Origin: an uncultured virus (IMG/VR IMGVR_UViG_3300047673_000475)
Lineage: Duplodnaviria; Heunggongvirae; Uroviricota; Caudoviricetes
Reading direction: 5' to 3' (one strand)
Length of the DNA: 64,000 bases
Virus record (IMG/VR): IMGVR_UViG_3300047673_000475
A program made the position numbers and the translations under genes. Positions 59,254-64,000 of this stretch are shown in pieces; within the stretch, counting starts at the first letter, position 1; each line of letters starts with the position of its first letter. The notes below the pieces were generated by a model. The model saw nothing but the letters and a program-made list of their open reading frames with translations, made no database searches and was not told the DNA's origin.

Positions 59254-59517
59254 ATGTCGCAAAACAAGCCCTTTCGCTTCGTTCGTCCGGACCACCTCTT
59301 TCGCAAGTCTGAAGCGAAGGACCATACGCCGAAGCGCAGGCAACTCCTGGACATCTACGACATCGAAGAAATGTCAGTGTTCGAGGAGGTTCAGGAAGTC
59401 TCGCTGCGCCATGAGCTGAATCTGCCTGAGCAGTTCGGCTTAGCAGAGGAGACCTCCTTCGGCTACACTGAAGCCTGGTCGAGTGACGCCCTCGATGCAC
59501 TCTTCGCAGCCGAGTAA
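59254..59517 (+). CDS. Small early protein with acidic C-terminus
   Basis: GGAG SD. Confidence 0.75.
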   Translation: MSQNKPFRFVRPDHLFRKSEAKDHTPKRRQLLDIYDIEEMSVFEEVQEVSLRHELNLPEQFGLAEETSFGYTEAWSSDALDALFAAE

Positions 59518-59595
59518 GCTGTAGTACCGACAGGGGAGAGAAGATGCTCCCCTGTTTTTGAATACCCCCTACATTTAAACAAGGAAGCAAAAGCC

Positions 59596-60021
59596 ATGTT
59601 CGCTCTGCACATCAACGCCGCTCATCGTTCTAACGTCATCCGCGCTACGGTGCGCCGTACGCTGGAAGAAGATACCGTTACTGGCCATGTGAGCCGCAGC
59701 TGGTCGCAGGAAGAAGACATCGTCCTGGAAGCAGGTACAGTGTTGGGTAAGACCGAAGTCCTCTCGACGATCTTTGGCAAGAAGATCACCACGATGGTCG
59801 TCGAAGGCCTGGACGGTCTGGGGCTGAATCTCACGACCGATACGTCGGCACGCGATTCGATCTTCGGTGAAAACAGCGTGACAGTGGTTCGCATCCAGTC
59901 GGACGTCGAATCCCTGCTGAGCGCCGCACGGGTGTCGCGCCCGATGCCGCGTCGCAATGTCGAAGAAGTGCGCATCTCGGTGCGCCGTGCAGAACGTCCG
60001 CGTACGCGCTTCGGCTTCTAA
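59596..60021 (+). CDS. Hypothetical early protein (probable paralog of the next gene)
   Basis: AAGGA SD; Arg-rich tail. Confidence 0.8.
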   Translation: MFALHINAAHRSNVIRATVRRTLEEDTVTGHVSRSWSQEEDIVLEAGTVLGKTEVLSTIFGKKITTMVVEGLDGLGLNLTTDTSARDSIFGENSVTVVRIQSDVESLLSAARVSRPMPRRNVEEVRISVRRAERPRTRFGF

Positions 60022-60087
60022 GCCCGCCCGACACATTCAGCCAGGGGTGACCCCTGGCGTACCTCATTCCTGACAAGGAGAATTACC

Positions 60088-60690
60088 ATGCTGAGCATCA
60101 ACAACCTGCCTGACTACGAGTATCGCGCTAACGAAACAGCAGCGGAGCGGGCTGAACGACGGCTGCGTGAACTGCGTGCGCGTCCGCAAGCCCTGAACGT
60201 GACGTACATCACGAACGAAGATCGCTTCGGTGGTCGTCGTGAGTCGCAGGAGCACCGTCGCAACGAGCTCGTGCGTCTTTACGAAGGCGCGATCGTCGGT
60301 GTCGAGTACAACGAAGGCAGCTTCTACGGTCGCCGTATCAAGTCTTTCATGGTGGAAGGCATCGAGCATCTGCCGCTGACGCTGGAAGTCGTCGAGAAGA
60401 ACCCGAACGGTATCTACGGTGCCACGACCATCAAGATCTACAAGATTGCTTCGATGCAGCCGACGATGTCGCACGCTCACACCGAAGTGCATCATGAGCA
60501 TACGGCCTTCGGTACCAAGACGACGACTGTGCACGTAGAAGAAACCTATGCGCCGCATCGCCCGACGGTCACGATGACAGTGGGTCGTCCGGCTCGTCGC
60601 GAAACCTACAGCACGGAAGAAGCTGTGGGCACCCTCGCAGGCGCGCTGCTTGGCATGGCCATGGTTGGCCTAAGCCGTAGCCGTCGCTAG
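60088..60690 (+). CDS. Hypothetical early protein with C-terminal hydrophobic segment
   Basis: AAGGAG SD; AVGTLAGALLGMAMVGL followed by SRSRR. Confidence 0.8.
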   Translation: MLSINNLPDYEYRANETAAERAERRLRELRARPQALNVTYITNEDRFGGRRESQEHRRNELVRLYEGAIVGVEYNEGSFYGRRIKSFMVEGIEHLPLTLEVVEKNPNGIYGATTIKIYKIASMQPTMSHAHTEVHHEHTAFGTKTTTVHVEETYAPHRPTVTMTVGRPARRETYSTEEAVGTLAGALLGMAMVGLSRSRR

Positions 60691-60692
60691 AC

Positions 60693-60731
60693 GACATAGC
60701 GGCCTGGGGGCAACCCCAGGCCAGTGTGCCG
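60693..60731 (+). terminator. Hairpin flanked by GACATA/TGTGCCG
   Basis: GGCCTGGGG-GCAA-CCCCAGGCC-AG-TGTGCCG. Confidence 0.7.
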
Positions 60732-60783
60732 TTTAAATAATCTCAGTTTTTACATCCCTCTTTTCATCTCTTGGAGTATTACC

Positions 60784-60966
60784 ATGATCGATCACGCAAA
60801 CAAAGACTACCTCGCTGACAGCGCCAAGCTCGTGAACACAGTGAAGAAGGTTGCCTTCGTCGTTCTGTGCTTCATGACCTTTGGTGGCGTCTTGGCTACC
60901 ACCTGCGAAATGGGTCACTCGATGCAGATGGCGCGCATCGCTGAGATCCAATCTCAAGGCCAATAA
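60784..60966 (+). CDS. Small membrane protein
   Basis: GGAG SD; TM segment VAFVVLCFMTFGGVLA. Confidence 0.7.
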   Translation: MIDHANKDYLADSAKLVNTVKKVAFVVLCFMTFGGVLATTCEMGHSMQMARIAEIQSQGQ

Positions 60967-60976
60967 GGAGCTCTCA

Positions 60977-61303
60977 ATGTACGGAACCAGTATTGTCAGT
61001 CACTTGCTTACCTTGCGTTATCAGGATGCACAACAGTCGCAAGCGCAAGCCACGATCAACGAGCTCAAGAAAGCACTGCAACGCTATGTGTTGCCTGAAG
61101 GTCCGGGTAGCCAACGTAAAGTGATCGCCCTGCCGAACCAAACGTTCCTGGCTGAGCTCTTTGGGTTTACCCTGCCGCGCGCCGGTGACGCACAGCACCC
61201 CGTATTGGGCAATATCGAATGGCAAGACCATTGGTTGATCTTCGATCAGTTCAATGTCTGCATCGGTGAGACCAGCGTTAACCTGCTCGCCCCGTCGCAC
61301 TGA
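60977..61303 (+). CDS. Hypothetical protein
   Basis: TAAGGAG SD. Confidence 0.75.
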   Translation: MYGTSIVSHLLTLRYQDAQQSQAQATINELKKALQRYVLPEGPGSQRKVIALPNQTFLAELFGFTLPRAGDAQHPVLGNIEWQDHWLIFDQFNVCIGETSVNLLAPSH

Positions 61304-61341
61304 GTCGTTCGCATAACCCCCTCGTAACAAGGAGAGCCAAA

Positions 61342-61875
61342 ATGGCCGAAACTAACACTACAGCAATTCCCGTCACCTCGCTGAAGGCTCACACGGAAGA
61401 GATCCGTAAGATTGCTAACCTGAGCCTCGATCAGCGCATCATCGGTAAGTTCAAGTTCGCCAGCGGTGATTTGGATACCACGCTGTGGGCAGGCAAGGTG
61501 CGTGACAGCCTGCGTGCCATGGCTGATCTCATCATCATGGCCGATCGTGCAGGGGTGAAGCCTGCGGATCTGCGCCGCAAACGCGCCTACAACGTCGTGG
61601 TCGATAATCTGCGGGTGCTCATGCAGAATGTCATCATGGTGAAGCTGGGCGAAGATGCTCAGTATGCTTTCGCGCTTGAGCGCGGTTTCGAGGAACTCCT
61701 CAAGCGCGAGTGCAAAGTGATTGACGATGAGTCGGCTGTCAAGTGCAAGATCCGCTTCGTCAAGCCCCGCGAACTCACGCATGACGGTGAGTATCCGGTT
61801 TACGAACGCGTGACGATGCGCTTTGATGGCCAGTTCGAAGTGTCGTTCATTGACGGCGCGCGCTATGGCTCGTAA
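61342..61875 (+). CDS. Hypothetical protein
   Basis: AAGGAG SD, 177 aa. Confidence 0.8.
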   Translation: MAETNTTAIPVTSLKAHTEEIRKIANLSLDQRIIGKFKFASGDLDTTLWAGKVRDSLRAMADLIIMADRAGVKPADLRRKRAYNVVVDNLRVLMQNVIMVKLGEDAQYAFALERGFEELLKRECKVIDDESAVKCKIRFVKPRELTHDGEYPVYERVTMRFDGQFEVSFIDGARYGS

Positions 61876-62059
61876 TAAGGCACTCCTGCTCAGGGAGATC
61901 AAGAACGATCTAGCTCAGGCAACCCATGTGCTAGAGTCTGCTGAGCTTCAGACACTGACCTTTCAGGAGATCAAGACGGCCGCGGCCTCGGCAACTCAAG
62001 CCGCTGCTGCCTTGCATCGCTTGGCTGGAATGCTGGATGTGGAAGCCGATCACACTTAA
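61865..62059 (+). CDS. Small helical hypothetical protein
   Basis: Overlaps the previous stop and fills the gap. Confidence 0.6.
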   Translation: MARNKALLLREIKNDLAQATHVLESAELQTLTFQEIKTAAASATQAAAALHRLAGMLDVEADHT

Positions 62060-62069
62060 GGAGCCCGTG

Positions 62070-62324
62070 ATGCATGAGCAACGTCAAGGTACCATCAACG
62101 AATTCGGCGAGTCCGGTGGATTCACGATCACGCAAGGCGAAGGCGCACTCACGCCCGCTGATCCGGCTTACGATCCCTATGAAGCCGAGAAATACGCCCG
62201 CGCTGCGGCCATAGTCAAGATCAAGTTCTGTTCGGGCGGCCGCGCAAGCGACTTGGAAATCACGCGTTTTGAAGCCGAGGTACTGGTCGAAGCGCTTGAC
62301 ACTTTCATCGCCTCGACTAAATAA
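62070..62324 (+). CDS. Hypothetical protein
   Basis: TAAGGAG SD. Confidence 0.75.
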   Translation: MHEQRQGTINEFGESGGFTITQGEGALTPADPAYDPYEAEKYARAAAIVKIKFCSGGRASDLEITRFEAEVLVEALDTFIASTK

Positions 62325-62371
62325 CGGTCTCTTAGCTACTCCCTTGCCCCTCGCCTGAGGGGTGAGTTAAT

Positions 62372-62398
62372 AGAGGGGCTTCGGCTCCTCTTTTTTTT
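62372..62398 (+). terminator. Canonical intrinsic terminator
   Basis: AGAGGGGC-TTCG-GCTCCTCT followed by a T-run. Confidence 0.85.
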
Positions 62399-62419
62399 GG
62401 TCTTTTCTCTAGGTTTGTG

Positions 62420-62608
62420 ATGGCAAAAAAGGAAGTAGGACTGGTGGAACTCCCCCACGGGCATATCGGTGCGTTCTTTAGCAAGAACTGCCTGTACAAT
62501 CTGCACGCACTCCAGACGAGCCTGCCGCTTCACGAGAGTAAAGAGCTGGTGGTCGTCAAATGGCCCGGTCAAGTCGACCCTCCAGCGCCTCCTTCGAAGC
62601 AAAAATGA
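62420..62608 (+). CDS. Small hypothetical protein
   Basis: AGGT SD; short ORF. Confidence 0.5.
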   Translation: MAKKEVGLVELPHGHIGAFFSKNCLYNLHALQTSLPLHESKELVVVKWPGQVDPPAPPSKQK

Positions 62609-62703
62609 TGGGATGCTTTCTTGGTATGTCGGGATACCTAAATTACATGAGAGGGGACGAGAAGCCCTTCTTATTTTCCCAACCTACCCGCGTGAGAACT
62701 AGC

Positions 62704-62976
62704 ATGCCTAACGCGCGCTTTACCGAAGACGAGCTTCAGGCGATCCTGATTAAGCTCAAAGTTTCCTTGCATGGCAAACTGCGGGAATGCAAGGCTCTGA
62801 CCTCTAACATCGGGCAACTCGTGCGCCTCGCTCAGATCGAGCAGACGCTCAAACACCCCGAAGCGTTGGGTGGCGACACGGTCCACAAACTGAACACCTA
62901 CCAGACAATGCTCAACGAGGTGAAGGCTTACATCAAGGCTATCGAAGACGGTAGCGCTACCCCACTTGCTGCGTAA
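62704..62976 (+). CDS. Hypothetical protein
   Basis: GAG SD; helical 90 aa. Confidence 0.7.
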   Translation: MPNARFTEDELQAILIKLKVSLHGKLRECKALTSNIGQLVRLAQIEQTLKHPEALGGDTVHKLNTYQTMLNEVKAYIKAIEDGSATPLAA

Positions 62977-62984
62977 GGTCGACG

Positions 62985-63251
62985 ATGTACTCTATTTCCT
63001 CGACCCGCGAGAATCAACCGCCTGCTTTTTGGACGGAAGAGCGACAGCGTTGCAGTGACATGTACGTGGCAGCAAAACGAGAACGTAAGCGTGTTGAGCG
63101 TGAGCACACCAAAATGTTGCTTGACATGAATTCCGCTTACGGCCTGGCTACGGCCTACTTTCGCTCGGGGGTTGTGCTGCGAAGGATCAATCTCTTCTCG
63201 CTCGCCATCGAACAGTTCGATCGCGCGTACCAGTTGCTAGTACTCTTTTAA
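62985..63251 (+). CDS. Hypothetical protein containing an NSAYG motif
   Basis: TAAGGT SD. Confidence 0.7.
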   Translation: MYSISSTRENQPPAFWTEERQRCSDMYVAAKRERKRVEREHTKMLLDMNSAYGLATAYFRSGVVLRRINLFSLAIEQFDRAYQLLVLF

Positions 63252-63309
63252 TAAACACCAGGGGCGACGCCAGGCTTGCCCAAGTACCACACAGACCACT
63301 GAGATTCAC

Positions 63310-63909
63310 ATGAACCAGAAAGCTCTTTCCTTCTTCTTCGCCAACTACGACTTCAAGAATTTCGAAGCGACAAACGCAGATGAAGGGTTTATCGAAAACC
63401 ATATCAACTCGCTGTATACGCCCGACGAGCAACCCGTGATGCGGCTCGTGCGTCGCACGGTGCGCGAACTGAGTGCTCACCCGGCGCTCGCCACCGACTT
63501 CGTGTTCGATGCGGGCTCCCACCAGGGCATGTACCGTCGCCTGGAAGGCTATCGCGTGAATGTCGACGAGCAACTCGTCATGAAGATCACGATCGAGATG
63601 GGCGAAGATGCCGGAACCTACGTCGCGGCCAAGGTCATCTACCCGAAGCTCGAGAAAGCGGCGAAGCGCGAATTCGGCAAGCGCTGGCAGAAAGCGGCCG
63701 GAGTCGACTTCGACTATGCGGCGGCCTTCAGCCAGATGCGCAATCTCGTGAGCCAGCTCTCCAACAGCTGCGTCTTCAAGGTCGATGAGAACGGCGTGGG
63801 CTTCACGCTCACCATCATGCCGCTCACCAAGGGCCTGGTAGACTTCGCTAAGGGGCAGGAAGCCGCCGCGGGAACCTTCGTGAAGATCCAGTTGCGCAAC
63901 GCTGCATAA
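63310..63909 (+). CDS. Hypothetical protein
   Basis: 199 aa, strong codon bias. Confidence 0.85.
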   Translation: MNQKALSFFFANYDFKNFEATNADEGFIENHINSLYTPDEQPVMRLVRRTVRELSAHPALATDFVFDAGSHQGMYRRLEGYRVNVDEQLVMKITIEMGEDAGTYVAAKVIYPKLEKAAKREFGKRWQKAAGVDFDYAAAFSQMRNLVSQLSNSCVFKVDENGVGFTLTIMPLTKGLVDFAKGQEAAAGTFVKIQLRNAA

Positions 63910-63919
63910 GCCGCTACAG

Positions 63920-63957
63920 CGGCATACGGGCAGCCCTAGGGCTGCCCGCTATGACCG
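63920..63957. terminator. Hairpin flanked by CGGCATA/TATGACCG
   Basis: CGGGCAGCC-CTAG-GGCTGCCCG-C-TATGACCG. Confidence 0.7.
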
Positions 63958-64000
63958 TGTTACCGATAGCCACCAATCAAACTGCGTACAAAGCGGTTAA

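Noticed and set aside
1..64000. tRNA genes, CRISPR arrays, integrase or transposase
   Set aside because: None recognised by eye. The repeated hairpins are dispersed at gene ends, not regularly spaced. A tRNAscan run would be needed to exclude tRNAs.
1..64000. Genome-wide stop-codon reassignment explaining the HNH-terminase TGA
   Set aside because: Core genes are intact in the standard code, and TGA, TAA and TAG all end genes normally.

Overview
A 64 kb segment of a phiKZ-like (Chimalliviridae-type) jumbo myophage, moderately GC-rich. The host cannot be determined from this window. Replication and repair genes include an SbcC/Rad50-like ATPase (truncated at the window start), RNase H and a UvsX/RecA-like recombinase. 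Transcription and virion genes include three virion RNA polymerase subunits (one with the ADFDGD motif), a tape-measure protein with a GH19 domain, prohead protease, tail tube, sheath, baseplate-region proteins, a spanin-like pair and the large terminase with an adjacent HNH endonuclease. An RNA ligase and a run of small early-type ORFs at the right end are also present. phiKZ gp numbers are recalled from motifs and synteny, not from a search. Main observations: (1) about 14 intergenic hairpins are followed by a fixed TATGCCG-type tail, mostly without a U-tract; (2) the terminase has no AUG at its expected N-terminus and instead has a strong SD plus AUC directly after the in-frame HNH stop; (3) a GIY-YIG domain is fused in frame to RNase H; (4) a DUF488-like gene overlaps its neighbour by about 240 nt; (5) a 700 bp structured non-coding locus is an origin, pac or ncRNA candidate; (6) an extended early-promoter motif occurs four times.
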